Notes: generated by a model not told the origin, from the letters alone. A stretch of 64,000 nucleotides of DNA from Betaproteobacteria bacterium (GCA_016208415.1 JACQYB010000038.1:22730-86729); one strand, 5' to 3'. Positions 18,532-28,737 are shown, counted from the first letter of the stretch. Program-made: numbers and translations.

Positions 18532-19427
18532 AAGCCCCGCGTCCACGCCGGGCGCAGCCGCACGTTCTGCGGATGCTCGATGGCGGCGCGCACCTGGGCC
18601 AGCAGCCGCTCCTTCTCCGCGCCCAGCGTGCCCTTGAGCACCAGCCAGTTGGAGGCGTGGTCGGAGCGGAAAATGGTGCGGCGCAGCTCCAGCGCCGCCA
18701 GAAAGCGTTCCATCTCCGCGAACAGGCCGTGCTGCGACAACGGCGTCCAATCCGGAAAGCCGGCCCGCAGCCGCGCCTCGCCCATGGGGAAGCTCACCAC
18801 CAGGGTCGCCAGGTATTCCGGCTGGGTGAGGTTGGCCAGCCGTGCCGAGGCCTCGGCGTGCGCGTCGGAGAACGCTGCGCCGCCCAGCCCGTTGAGGATC
18901 ATCACCGAGCGGCCGATGCCGGCTTCGCCCAGCCTGTCGAGGGCGTCGCGGGTGGTGTCGAAGGTCTCGCCCTTGTTGACCCGCGCCAGCACCGTGTCGT
19001 CGCCGGATTCGGCGCCGACGTAGGCCAGCTTGAGGCCGGCGTCGTGGAGCTGGCGCAGTTCGGCCACGGACTTCTTGCGCAGGTTGCGCGGCAGGCAGTA
19101 GCTGGAGATGCGCCGCACCGCCGGCAGGTGGGTGCGGATGGCGTCCAGCGCCGCCATCAGGCGGCGGGTGGGCAGCATGAGGGCGTCTCCGTCAGCCAGG
19201 AACACCCGCCGTATGTCCGAGCCGTACTGGCCGCCCACGCGGCGGATGCTCTCCAGCACCTCGACTTCGGAGCGGGCGCGGAAGTGCTTCTGCGGTGCCG
19301 TGTACATCTCGCAGAAGGTGCATTGGTTCCACGAGCAGCCGTCGGTGAGCGGCAGGATCAGCGACTCCGCTTCGCTGGGGGGGCGGAAGACGGGATCGAC
19401 GTAGCGGATGGGAACGCTCGATGGCAT
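18528..19427 (-). CDS. radical SAM protein (unassigned subfamily)
   Basis: 299 aa with Cys cluster GCSWNQCTFCEMY, followed by typical radical-SAM barrel motifs (VFLADGDAL, AYVGAESGDD). Confidence 0.8.
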   Translation of the reverse strand: MPSSVPIRYVDPVFRPPSEAESLILPLTDGCSWNQCTFCEMYTAPQKHFRARSEVEVLESIRRVGGQYGSDIRRVFLADGDALMLPTRRLMAALDAIRTHLPAVRRISSYCLPRNLRKKSVAELRQLHDAGLKLAYVGAESGDDTVLARVNKGETFDTTRDALDRLGEAGIGRSVMILNGLGGAAFSDAHAEASARLANLTQPEYLATLVVSFPMGEARLRAGFPDWTPLSQHGLFAEMERFLAALELRRTIFRSDHASNWLVLKGTLGAEKERLLAQVRAAIEHPQNVRLRPAWTRGL

Positions 19428-19585
19428 GGCGGATTTCTGACGGCGGGCCGGTCGGGGCGATTGTACGTTCTGCGGCCGTGGCGCGGAGTGTCCCCGGTCG
19501 GGCAGCAGGCCGGCCGCCAGGTGCGCGCCGGGGGAGTGCGCGGCTCAAACCGCAACGCGCCGGGCCGCCGCCGGCCGGCGCGGGC

Positions 19586-20200
19586 TCAGGGGGTGATCGC
19601 CATATAGTCGCTCACCACGCTGCCGACATCATGCGGCGGCGAAAATACTGCCTTGAGCCGCCCCTCCGGATCAATCAGGAACAGCGCCGCCGTGTGGTCT
19701 ACCGTGTAGTTGTGCTTGTCTTTCTCGTCGTTGCGCCTGAAGAACACGCCCAGGTGCTTCAGCAGTGGCGCCAGTTGCGCATCCGCAGCGGTTGCGCCGA
19801 GCAGTTCGAGCGTATCGCGCTGCGGATCCACCGACACGAACAGCACCCCGGGCCGCGCCTGTGGGCCCGTGCGCCGGGCGACCTCGGTCATCAGGGAGAG
19901 CGCGCCTGGACAGACGTCCGGGCACTGGGTGTAGCCGAAGAACATGAAGGTCCAGCGGCCCTTGAGGCTCTGCTCCGTCAGCTCGCCGCGGGGCGAGTTC
20001 AGGCGAAACGGCGGCAGCGGTTCCTTGTCGTTGATCAGCGTCGCCGCGGCCGTCTGGCGCTGTGCGGCCGGCGCCTCGGCCGGCGCCTCGGCCGGCGCCG
20101 GTCCCCTGGGTGCGCGCCAGACCAGATAAGCGCCCGCCACGGCGAAGGACAGTCCAGCCAGCAGCAGAGATTGCACCAGACGCGATTTCATGAGCGGCAT
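19586..20200 (-). CDS. SCO1/SenC family copper chaperone
   Basis: ORF 19586..20317 with likely start MPLMKSRLVQSLLLAGLSFAVAG (TM anchor). It has a thioredoxin fold with the CPDVCP motif and a conserved downstream His (VDHTAALFLIDPEG). Confidence 0.85.
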   Translation of the reverse strand: MPLMKSRLVQSLLLAGLSFAVAGAYLVWRAPRGPAPAEAPAEAPAAQRQTAAATLINDKEPLPPFRLNSPRGELTEQSLKGRWTFMFFGYTQCPDVCPGALSLMTEVARRTGPQARPGVLFVSVDPQRDTLELLGATAADAQLAPLLKHLGVFFRRNDEKDKHNYTVDHTAALFLIDPEGRLKAVFSPPHDVGSVVSDYMAITP

Positions 20201-20404
20201 CTCCAATAAAGACGAAGCGCCCGCGGGCAGCAGGGTCCAGTTGCCGTGCGGGGCGGCGAAACCGTGGCGCATGTGAGCGACTTCGCTCTCTGCAGGTTGT
20301 CGCCTGTCTTCGATCACATAAAAAGAGTGCTCCCTCGACGCCGATGAGCATCAGGCTGAGCGGGTCGGAACGCATTCGCATCGTCACCGCCTGTCCGACG
20401 TGGA

Positions 20405-21028
20405 TCAGGGTTTTCCCGGCGACGTCTGTTCGGCCGGCACCCTCAACCCCATCAATGCCGCCCACTCGCGCGGATGCGAGACGCCCGCCGGTGGAGGTAT
20501 TTGGGCGAAGCGCTTGCCGGGACCGACCCTGCGTGGCTCCGGGGAGGGCGGCGGCTTCCGGAGGTCCTCCGCCGAGCGTTTGCCGAGGTAGGGCGCGTAA
20601 CAGCCTTCGGCGCGTCCGTTCGCGTCCCGTATGACGTTGGGCCAGACCGCTCCGGCGCAAAAGGAGTGTATGGCCATGCAGCGCTGGCCCTCCGTGGCGC
20701 ACAAGTAGAGTTCCCAATGATCGTTGGCTTCGACGACCACTGACGTTCCGGCGGCCGGCACATGCCTGGTGCCGCTAAGAAAGTAGAGTCCAATTTCGGT
20801 TTGCACGACCGTCAGCGCATTGCGCCATTGGTCCCGGACTTCGACGGGCTTGGCGGTCTGCGGCTCGGACCTGAGCATGATCGGCCGCCAGGATTGCCAC
20901 GCAGCGGTGTTGTAGTAGCGCTGCTCGCCGATGAAGTGGAAGGCGAGCCATAGGGCGAGCAAAACGCCGATTGCGGTGAGCGCCCAACGGAGGGGGCGCT
21001 GGTCGATATTTGATGCTGAATCGTTCAT
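20405..21028 (-). CDS. hypothetical membrane-anchored protein (last gene of the oxidase cluster)
   Basis: ORF 20405..21070 with likely start MNDSASNIDQRPLRWALTAIGVLLALWLAFHF (one TM). It has a Cys-containing periplasmic part and a Pro-rich low-complexity tail that coincides with the return to high G+C. I recognised no family. Confidence 0.5.
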   Translation of the reverse strand: MNDSASNIDQRPLRWALTAIGVLLALWLAFHFIGEQRYYNTAAWQSWRPIMLRSEPQTAKPVEVRDQWRNALTVVQTEIGLYFLSGTRHVPAAGTSVVVEANDHWELYLCATEGQRCMAIHSFCAGAVWPNVIRDANGRAEGCYAPYLGKRSAEDLRKPPPSPEPRRVGPGKRFAQIPPPAGVSHPREWAALMGLRVPAEQTSPGKP

Positions 21029-21099
21029 GGTCACACCATCAATGTGAATTGGGCGCCTGCAGGCGCCCAATTCGATTCAAGCCGATTTCGGTTTCGCGG

Positions 21100-22338
<1,239 letters not shown>

Positions 22339-22350
22339 GTTTCCTCCTCC

Positions 22351-23145
22351 TTACACCGACTTATCGTTTTGTGTGGCGGGATCTGTTTTCGCTGCCGAGG
22401 CGGGCGCCGGACTGGCAGGAACGGCCGCCTGTTTCACCTTGCCGCCCTCCTGCGCGTACCACGCGTTGTATTCCTCCGGTGGTAGCACCACGACCTGGCC
22501 AGACATGTAGGAGTGGCTGACCCCGCAATATTCGTTGCATGTGACCAGGTGTTTGCCCGGTTTCTGCGGATAGAACCAGATATAGGTGATCCGACCCGGC
22601 ATCGAGTCTTCCTTGATCTTGAAGTCCGGGATGTAGTGGTTATGTATCGTGTCGCGGCTGGTCATGCGCAACAGCACCGGTTTTCCGGCTGGAACCTTCA
22701 ATTCGTTCTGGGTGTGTACGCCATTCGGGTAGGTGTAGTCCCAACTGTACATGCCGGATTCGAGACTGATCTCGAGCCGGTCGGCAGGAACCTGTCGCTG
22801 AACGTTCCACAACTGCCAGCCATGGGCCGCGAGAAACATGTCATCAGCCAGGAAGATGAAGGCGGGAATGACCGACCAGGCGATGGCGGCACCGGTGGTC
22901 AGATGCGGCGCTCCTCCTCCCTCGACCCCCGCACGGCGGCGATACTTCAGGATCAGGTATGCAAGAACCACGGCAAAAAGAACGCCCAGCACCGTGATGT
23001 CGATGAGTACCTCCGACCAAAGGCGCTCCCAGCCTGCAGCGGGGTCGACAATACGATCCGTCGACGGAATGTACTTCTCGGCCAGGGCCGGCCCGGTCGC
23101 GGCGAAGGCGGCTAGACCCGCCCAGAGTCTTCGATGTTCAGACAT
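22351..23145 (-). CDS. heme-copper oxidase subunit II (CuA cupredoxin, no fused cytochrome c)
   Basis: ORF 22351..23187 with likely start MSEHRRLWAGLAAF (ATG 23145, SD GGAGGA). It has two TM helices and the CuA motif H...CNEYCGVSHSYM. Confidence 0.85.
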   Translation of the reverse strand: MSEHRRLWAGLAAFAATGPALAEKYIPSTDRIVDPAAGWERLWSEVLIDITVLGVLFAVVLAYLILKYRRRAGVEGGGAPHLTTGAAIAWSVIPAFIFLADDMFLAAHGWQLWNVQRQVPADRLEISLESGMYSWDYTYPNGVHTQNELKVPAGKPVLLRMTSRDTIHNHYIPDFKIKEDSMPGRITYIWFYPQKPGKHLVTCNEYCGVSHSYMSGQVVVLPPEEYNAWYAQEGGKVKQAAVPASPAPASAAKTDPATQNDKSV

Positions 23146-23965
23146 TGATCCTCCCCTTTTTTCCTCTGCGATAAGCCCATGCTCCATAACCCATCAGGGT
23201 CAAACCCAGCAGGAACGACCCGATCCCGATCAATTGCGCGTAGTTTGGCTGATACCTGCCTTCGGCGTAGTTGTAGCTGAAGCAGGCACCCACCAATATG
23301 TCGAACACCGCCACCGAGTCCGCGATGCGATCCCAGTCGGCGTCCGTCAAGGCCAATTCCACCGTTCGTGCGTCCATTCGGGTGCCGTAGATGTAGCGCG
23401 CGACTCGTCCCTGAGGTGTCAGAAAGACAAGCACGTTTGGATGCAGAAACGTTTTCGCTGCGTCCGACCAGAAAAACCTGAAGCCCATGTCGCCGGCAAA
23501 CCCGGCGACATCCCTGTTCTTGACGACGGCGTGACGCCAGCCGCCGCGCATCGACTCGGGCACCGCGCCGGTCTTGGCCAGAAAACCTGCGGCTGTCTGT
23601 TCGGAATCGCGGGCATCGAAGGACACTGTCAGGACCCGGTAGTCTTCGCCGAGCCGAAAGCGTTCCACCTTGGCAAGCACCTTGGCCAGTTCCATGTTCA
23701 TGGTCGGACAAGTCCCGTCGCAGCCGTAATACGACAAGAGCAGGATCAGCGGTTTGCCCAGCAGGTCGCCAAGCGCGAAATCCCTTCCTTCGCTATCGGT
23801 GAGCACCGTCTCGGCGCGTAGCCGGGTGCCGAGATAGCGAGGCTCGTCGATCTGGATAACGGATGCGTCCACCGTGACGGAACGCGGTGGTTCGGACACC
23901 GCGTAAGCCGCCCCGGACATGGCCGCCGTTACCAGAAGTAGACTTGCGAAACGACGAAGAACCAA
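23138..23965 (-). CDS. senC: SCO1/SenC-like protein with extra C-terminal TM segment
   Basis: ORF 23138..24169. Thioredoxin-like with the CDGTCP motif. The proposed TTG start at 23965 gives a signal/anchor LVLRRFASLLLVTAAMSGAAYA; the alternative ATG at 23920 would lack it. C-terminal TM LIGIGSFLLGLTLMGYGAWAY. It overlaps the ends of the flanking genes. Confidence 0.7.
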   Translation of the reverse strand: MVLRRFASLLLVTAAMSGAAYAVSEPPRSVTVDASVIQIDEPRYLGTRLRAETVLTDSEGRDFALGDLLGKPLILLLSYYGCDGTCPTMNMELAKVLAKVERFRLGEDYRVLTVSFDARDSEQTAAGFLAKTGAVPESMRGGWRHAVVKNRDVAGFAGDMGFRFFWSDAAKTFLHPNVLVFLTPQGRVARYIYGTRMDARTVELALTDADWDRIADSVAVFDILVGACFSYNYAEGRYQPNYAQLIGIGSFLLGLTLMGYGAWAYRRGKKGRINV

Positions 23966-24687
23966 ATGATGTCCACGAAGTGCCAGTAAAGGCTGGCAGT
24001 GCGCCAGAAGCCTGGCGACAGGTTGCCCTTCATGGCCGGAAAGAGGCCAGCGATAAAGATTCCCAGACCGACGAGCACGTGGGAACCGTGCAGACCGGTG
24101 ATGGAGTAGAAGACCGTGCCGAACAGGTTGGTCTTGATCGTGAAATCCTGGTGAATCAGGTGGTTCCATTCATAGCCCGACATGCCGAGGAAGGCGAGGC
24201 CCAAGACGATGGTGATCACCAGCCACTTGATGAAACCGGCGCGGTTCGAGGCGTGGAGGAAATGCTCGGCACGATGAATGGTCACCGAAGAGCTGACCAG
24301 CGCCGCCGTCATGATCAGCGGAATCAGCGTCGGCAGTTCGACGCTCCCCGGCAGCGGCCAGACGGGCGCCTCGAGACGGCCGAACCAGTAAGCGGCAAAA
24401 CAGGAAAGAAAGATCATCGCCTCGGCGAGGATGAACCAGCCCATGGAAGCAAACGAGAAGCCTTCGCCGGTTCCCATGGCTTCGCTGGTCCAGCCGGCGA
24501 TACCGCCGAGGATCAGCGGCACGGCCAACCCAAGGGCAATAATGGACAGGAAGGACAGGTGATAGACGAACTGGAGCGTAAACGACAGCGTCAGCGCGAG
24601 AACGCCGAAGCTGAGAACAACAGGGTAAATGCTGGTATCCCAGTGCGCGTGCGAAGCCTCGCCATGGGCGATCTCATGACTACTCAT
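23929..24687 (-). CDS. heme-copper oxidase subunit III-like membrane protein
   Basis: 252 aa with an SD upstream and multiple TM helices. The subunit III C-terminal signature is present: FYSITGLHGSHVLVGL...SLYWHFVDIIWFFVVSQVYFW. Confidence 0.85.
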   Translation of the reverse strand: MSSHEIAHGEASHAHWDTSIYPVVLSFGVLALTLSFTLQFVYHLSFLSIIALGLAVPLILGGIAGWTSEAMGTGEGFSFASMGWFILAEAMIFLSCFAAYWFGRLEAPVWPLPGSVELPTLIPLIMTAALVSSSVTIHRAEHFLHASNRAGFIKWLVITIVLGLAFLGMSGYEWNHLIHQDFTIKTNLFGTVFYSITGLHGSHVLVGLGIFIAGLFPAMKGNLSPGFWRTASLYWHFVDIIWFFVVSQVYFW

Positions 24688-24905
24688 CGTGTTCCTCCTC
24701 TAGGTGTCGATGCTCTTCTTATGCAAGTGGCCGCAGGCGCCGCGTTCTTTCCTTGGGGCGTAAAATAATTTGTGTTTATGCGTCCATTTGTCGCATACTG
24801 CCGCTCGGCTGCGCCGATGTCAACCAGAAGAAAAAGGTGTTGTCAATGCGCGGGGTCAAGGGGTCAAGGGCGGATGGTGACTTGTTGGTCAGGAGGAGGG
24901 ACATC

Positions 24906-25568
24906 ATGAAGGGGATCTTTGCGTCTGTGGTTTTGCTCGCGTCGTCAAGCATGTCGTCGTTCGTGTCCGCGGCGGGCAATGCGGAGTTGGGGCAACAGAA
25001 GGCGGCAGCCTGTATTGCCTGCCACGGCCCCGACGGGAACAGCGTCGCGCTGCCACCGGGGACCGACCCGTGGCCCAAGCTGGCCGGCCAAATGCCGGAG
25101 TACATCACGAAGCAGTTGCACGACTTCAAGGCGGGCAAGCGCAAGAACGAGCAGATGTCGCCCCAGGCGCAGAACGTCGTTGATGCGGACATCGCGGATA
25201 TTGCCGCCTTTTTTGCAAAGCAGCAGGTAAGTGCGAGCGCCGCGGCCGACAAGAGCCTGCTCGCCCAGGGCGAGAAACTGTTCCTCAAGGGCAAGGGTCG
25301 CCCAGCCGTGGTGGCTGCCTGTGTCGGATGTCACGGCATCAACGGCGTTGGGCAGCGCGCCTGGGCGGATAGCTACAAGGTCGCACCGCCGGTGCTCGCA
25401 CCGGCGATCGGTGGTCAGCATTCCAGCTACGTTGCCAAGCAACTCAAGGCGTTCCGGGATGGCAGTCGGGCAAACGATGTCGGATTGATCATGCATAACA
25501 TCGCTGCGCGCCTTGACGACAAGGACATTGCGGCGGTCGCGGAGTACGTGGCTGCCCTGGGGCGCTGA
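24906..25568 (+). CDS. diheme cytochrome c4
   Basis: ORF 24753..25568 with likely start [22 protein letters not shown] (signal). It has two CxxCH motifs (CIACHG, CVGCHG), each followed by a Met-containing segment. Confidence 0.85.
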   Translation: MKGIFASVVLLASSSMSSFVSAAGNAELGQQKAAACIACHGPDGNSVALPPGTDPWPKLAGQMPEYITKQLHDFKAGKRKNEQMSPQAQNVVDADIADIAAFFAKQQVSASAAADKSLLAQGEKLFLKGKGRPAVVAACVGCHGINGVGQRAWADSYKVAPPVLAPAIGGQHSSYVAKQLKAFRDGSRANDVGLIMHNIAARLDDKDIAAVAEYVAALGR

Positions 25569-25569
25569 C

Positions 25570-26463
25570 GTGCAGACCTACGCCGCGGGGTCGCGTCCGG
25601 TGGCGCGGCTGGCGGCCTTCTTCGAGCTATGCAAGCCACGGGTGAACAGCCTGATCGTGTTCACCGCGATGATCGGCATGTGGCTGGCAGCGCCCGACAT
25701 GGCGCAGCCGGGGCGTTTCTTGTTTGCCTCGATCGGCATTGCTCTGGTTGCGGGGGCCGCCGCGGCCATCAACTGCCTGGTCGAGCGTACCAGCGATGCC
25801 CTGATGGCGCGGACACGAGCGCGAGGCACGGCAAGCGGCTCCATCTCCGCCATCGAAACGCTGACGCTGGCGACGCTGATCGGCGGCGTCGGCCTCTGGC
25901 TGCTGCACGCCTGGGTCAACGATCTCACCATGTGGCTGACGTTGGCGACCTTCTTCGGCTACGCCGTCATCTACACGGTGGTGCTGAAACCGATGACGCC
26001 GATGAACATCGTCATCGGTGGCGCGGCCGGTGCCATGCCGCCCGTGCTCGGCTGGGCGGCGATGACGGATGCGGTCGGTGTCGAGGCATTTTCGTTGTTC
26101 CTGATTGTCTTCCTCTGGACGCCGCCGCACTTCTGGTCGCTTGCCTGCTACCGGCGCGAGGAATTCGCCCGGGCTTCTCTGCCGATGTTGCCCGTCACTC
26201 ATGGGCTGGAGTTCACCTGCCGTCACATACTCCTTTATACGGCGCTGTTGACGGTGGCTACCCTGTTGCCGTTGTGGATCGGCCTGAGCGCCTGGTGGTA
26301 TCTGGCGGTGGCAGCCGTCTTGAATGCCGGCTTCCTGGCCTGCGCGATCCGGCTCTGTCGCAGTTATAGCGATGACCTGGCGCGAAAGACCTTCAGGTAT
26401 TCCATCATGTATCTGACGGTGCTGTTTGCCGCGCTGATCGTCGATCGCCTGCTACGTTTCTGA
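25570..26463 (+). CDS. ctaB: protoheme IX farnesyltransferase (heme O synthase)
   Basis: ORF 25513..26463 with a GTG at 25570, directly after the c4 stop. UbiA-family polytopic protein with [29 protein letters not shown] and [12 protein letters not shown]. Confidence 0.9.
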   Translation: MQTYAAGSRPVARLAAFFELCKPRVNSLIVFTAMIGMWLAAPDMAQPGRFLFASIGIALVAGAAAAINCLVERTSDALMARTRARGTASGSISAIETLTLATLIGGVGLWLLHAWVNDLTMWLTLATFFGYAVIYTVVLKPMTPMNIVIGGAAGAMPPVLGWAAMTDAVGVEAFSLFLIVFLWTPPHFWSLACYRREEFARASLPMLPVTHGLEFTCRHILLYTALLTVATLLPLWIGLSAWWYLAVAAVLNAGFLACAIRLCRSYSDDLARKTFRYSIMYLTVLFAALIVDRLLRF

Positions 26464-26512
26464 TCGGGCCGCGAAGCCGGAGGTCGAACTCGAACTTGCG
26501 GGCGATCTGCAT

Positions 26513-26917
26513 TTAAGCCCGGGCGAATTGCGGATGCAGCGGGTTGATCACCCTGTTGCGGGCTTCGGGCACGATGGCCGAGGCGACGATCAGGCCCAGC
26601 GCGCGCCCCTCGCGCAGAAAGGCGCCACCGAACTGCGCCGACGCCTCGCCGGGCGGAATGGCGTTCCAGCCGGGAGGCAGCGCCGCCGGCCGTTCGTAGA
26701 GCGCAGGCGTGTCGGGCAGCGAAAGCCGCACCAGCATCAGGTCGGCGGGACGATGCTCACCGGTGTGGGCGAGCTTTTCCAGGGCGGCGATCTCCTGCGT
26801 CAGCCCGGCATGGATGACCGGCAGTCCCGCGTGGTGCCAGCGGCCCCCTTCCGGCAGGCCGCCGCTGCCACCGCGGTCGAGGGTGTAGCGCTCCCTGGCG
26901 ATACGCCAGACGAGCAT
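26513..26917 (-). CDS. RES domain toxin (RES-Xre type II TA family)
   Basis: Part of ORF 26513..27007, starting MLVWRIARERY (ATG 26917, ATGA overlap with the upstream ORF). The R/E/S positions are visible in GGRWHHAG, AALEKLAH and LIVASAIVPEARNRVINP. Confidence 0.8.
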   Translation of the reverse strand: MLVWRIARERYTLDRGGSGGLPEGGRWHHAGLPVIHAGLTQEIAALEKLAHTGEHRPADLMLVRLSLPDTPALYERPAALPPGWNAIPPGEASAQFGGAFLREGRALGLIVASAIVPEARNRVINPLHPQFARA

Positions 26918-27132
26918 CAGGCCACGCCGCCGTGGGCGATGGCCGCCAGCACCCTGGCCACCGCCCGCGTGCCGATGTCGGTGTCGAGCAGCGACAGCGG
27001 TGTGCAACCGCCCAGCCCCATGTTGGCGGCCTGCAGCCAGCGCCGTGGGAAGCCAGCCCGTTGCAGGGGCGGATACGATCCGCGGGAGGCTGCACGAATG
27101 GGTTCAGGAAAAGAAGCGGTCGCTATCGGCAA
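26917..27132 (-). CDS. Xre/MbcA/ParS-like antitoxin, apparently N-terminally truncated (DUF2384 C-terminal domain only)
   Basis: 71-aa ORF. Only the last ~45 aa (WLQAANMGLGGCTPLSLLDTDIGTRAVARVLAAIAHGGVA) match the toxin-binding domain. The usual N-terminal region is missing. Confidence 0.55.
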   Translation of the reverse strand: MPIATASFPEPIRAASRGSYPPLQRAGFPRRWLQAANMGLGGCTPLSLLDTDIGTRAVARVLAAIAHGGVA

Positions 27133-27283
27133 AGTCAGCCATGGCGGTACGCCGAGTCGGGACAGCCGCTACAATCCCGCCATCATGCCCGCCGCCACCA
27201 TCGAAGCAATCGTTTTCTCGTCGGGGGCGGCAAGGTGATCCTGGCCGAGTTCAAGCCCGACTGGCGGAATGGGTCTGATTGAT

Positions 27284-28348
27284 TCAGTGCTTGTGGCGGT
27301 GGTGCATATCGGGAAAGTGGGGATGGGTGTGGCGAGTCGGCGCATGCGTATGCGGATGGCTATGCGGTTCCTTGCCGTCCCAGTCAAAATCGTGCCCATG
27401 CCGGTGATGCTCATCATGTGTATGGCGGTGGGTATGCTCCAGTGGCTCATGCGTGTGCCCATGCGCGTGGTGTTCGGTCAGGTGCAGCCAGACGCCCAGG
27501 CCCATGAGTGAGGCTGCCAGCCAAAAGGTTGCTGACGTCGACTCGCCCAATAGGGGAATGGCGATGGCCGCGCCGATGAATGGCGCGGTGGAGAAATAGG
27601 CGCCGGTACGGGCGGTGCCCAAATGGCGCAGGGCAACCACGAACAAGGTGAGACTGATGCCATAGGCGAGCAGGCCCACGACCATGGCGCCGGCGATCTG
27701 TCCGGGCGCGGGCCAAGCGGCGCCCAACACCAGGGCCAGGGCCAGATTGACAGAACCGGCCGCCAGCCCCTTGAGCGAGGCGATCCAGCTTGCGTCGGCC
27801 AGCGACACATGGCGCGTCAGATTGCTGTCGATGGCCCAGGCGAGACAGGCGCCCAGCACGGCAAGCGGCGGCCAGAGGTTTTCGAAGCCGACGCCTTCAC
27901 CGCCGCCGGAAGGCCAGCTCAACACCACGGCCCCGGCGACGATAGCCAGCATGCCAAACGCGATGCGACGGTCGAAGTTTTCCCGGAACACGAACCAGGC
28001 CAGCAGCGCGGTGAAGACAGACTCGGCATTCAGGAGCAGCGACGCGCCCGATGCCGGCATGCGGGAAAGGCCGAACATCAGGAGAACCGGCCCGAGCACG
28101 CCGCCGGCGAGGATGGCGCCGGCCAGCCAGGGGCGTTCCGCCGCCGGCAGGGACACGGCCGGCGCCCGGCGCAAGAGCCGGTACAACCACAAACCCAGAC
28201 CGGAACCGAGATAGAGCAGTCCCGCCAGCAACCACGGGTCCATGATTGACAGCAGCCCTTTCGTCAGGGGGGTGCCGGCGCCAAACAGCACGGCGGCGCC
28301 GATCGCGGCGGCGATGCCCGGCTGACGCAGTGCGTGTGGCCCGTTCAT
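27284..28348 (-). CDS. DMT/EamA family transporter with C-terminal His-rich tail
   Basis: 354 aa with about 10 TM helices in two EamA-like halves. The last ~70 aa are HxH-rich: HHAHGHTHEPLEHTHRHTHDEHHRHGHDFDWDGKEPHSHPHTHAPTRHTHPHFPDMHHRHKH. The start overlaps the stop of the upstream gene (ATGA). Confidence 0.8.
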   Translation of the reverse strand: MNGPHALRQPGIAAAIGAAVLFGAGTPLTKGLLSIMDPWLLAGLLYLGSGLGLWLYRLLRRAPAVSLPAAERPWLAGAILAGGVLGPVLLMFGLSRMPASGASLLLNAESVFTALLAWFVFRENFDRRIAFGMLAIVAGAVVLSWPSGGGEGVGFENLWPPLAVLGACLAWAIDSNLTRHVSLADASWIASLKGLAAGSVNLALALVLGAAWPAPGQIAGAMVVGLLAYGISLTLFVVALRHLGTARTGAYFSTAPFIGAAIAIPLLGESTSATFWLAASLMGLGVWLHLTEHHAHGHTHEPLEHTHRHTHDEHHRHGHDFDWDGKEPHSHPHTHAPTRHTHPHFPDMHHRHKH

Positions 28349-28737
28349 TTCAGTTTGAAGGTCGCCTTGGCCGCCGGCATGCCGGCCAATGTCGTGGTGA
28401 CCATGACGCGCACACCGACCCCGACCTTGAACTGACCCTTGGCGAGCATTCGGTTGTCGCCGGCGGGTTCGAGCAAGACGCTGGTCTTGTCATTGCCGGC
28501 ATGGATCACCGCCTCGGCGGTGGCGCCCTGGGTAGCGACAGGCTTGCCGTGATTGCTGACGTAGAGCGTCAGCGAGTCAGGTTTGGCGACCAGTTCGTAG
28601 GCCACGTTGTGGAGTTCGCGCACCACGCCGCCGTATTTCGGCCCGTGGTCGTGGCCGGCGCCAGCGATGGCGGGCGAAATATTGAGCGTGGCTGCCATGC
28701 TGGTGGCGGTGACCAAAGACAGGAAGAATTTCTTCAT
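28345..28737 (-). CDS. small secreted protein downstream of czcA (paralog of 44105..44593)
   Basis: 130 aa with a signal peptide ending AIAGA, followed by GHDHGPKYGG. The pattern ELV-K...L-YV--H-GK-V...GDN-L-G is shared with the 44105 ORF. Confidence 0.6.
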   Translation of the reverse strand: MKKFFLSLVTATSMAATLNISPAIAGAGHDHGPKYGGVVRELHNVAYELVAKPDSLTLYVSNHGKPVATQGATAEAVIHAGNDKTSVLLEPAGDNRMLAKGQFKVGVGVRVMVTTTLAGMPAAKATFKLK

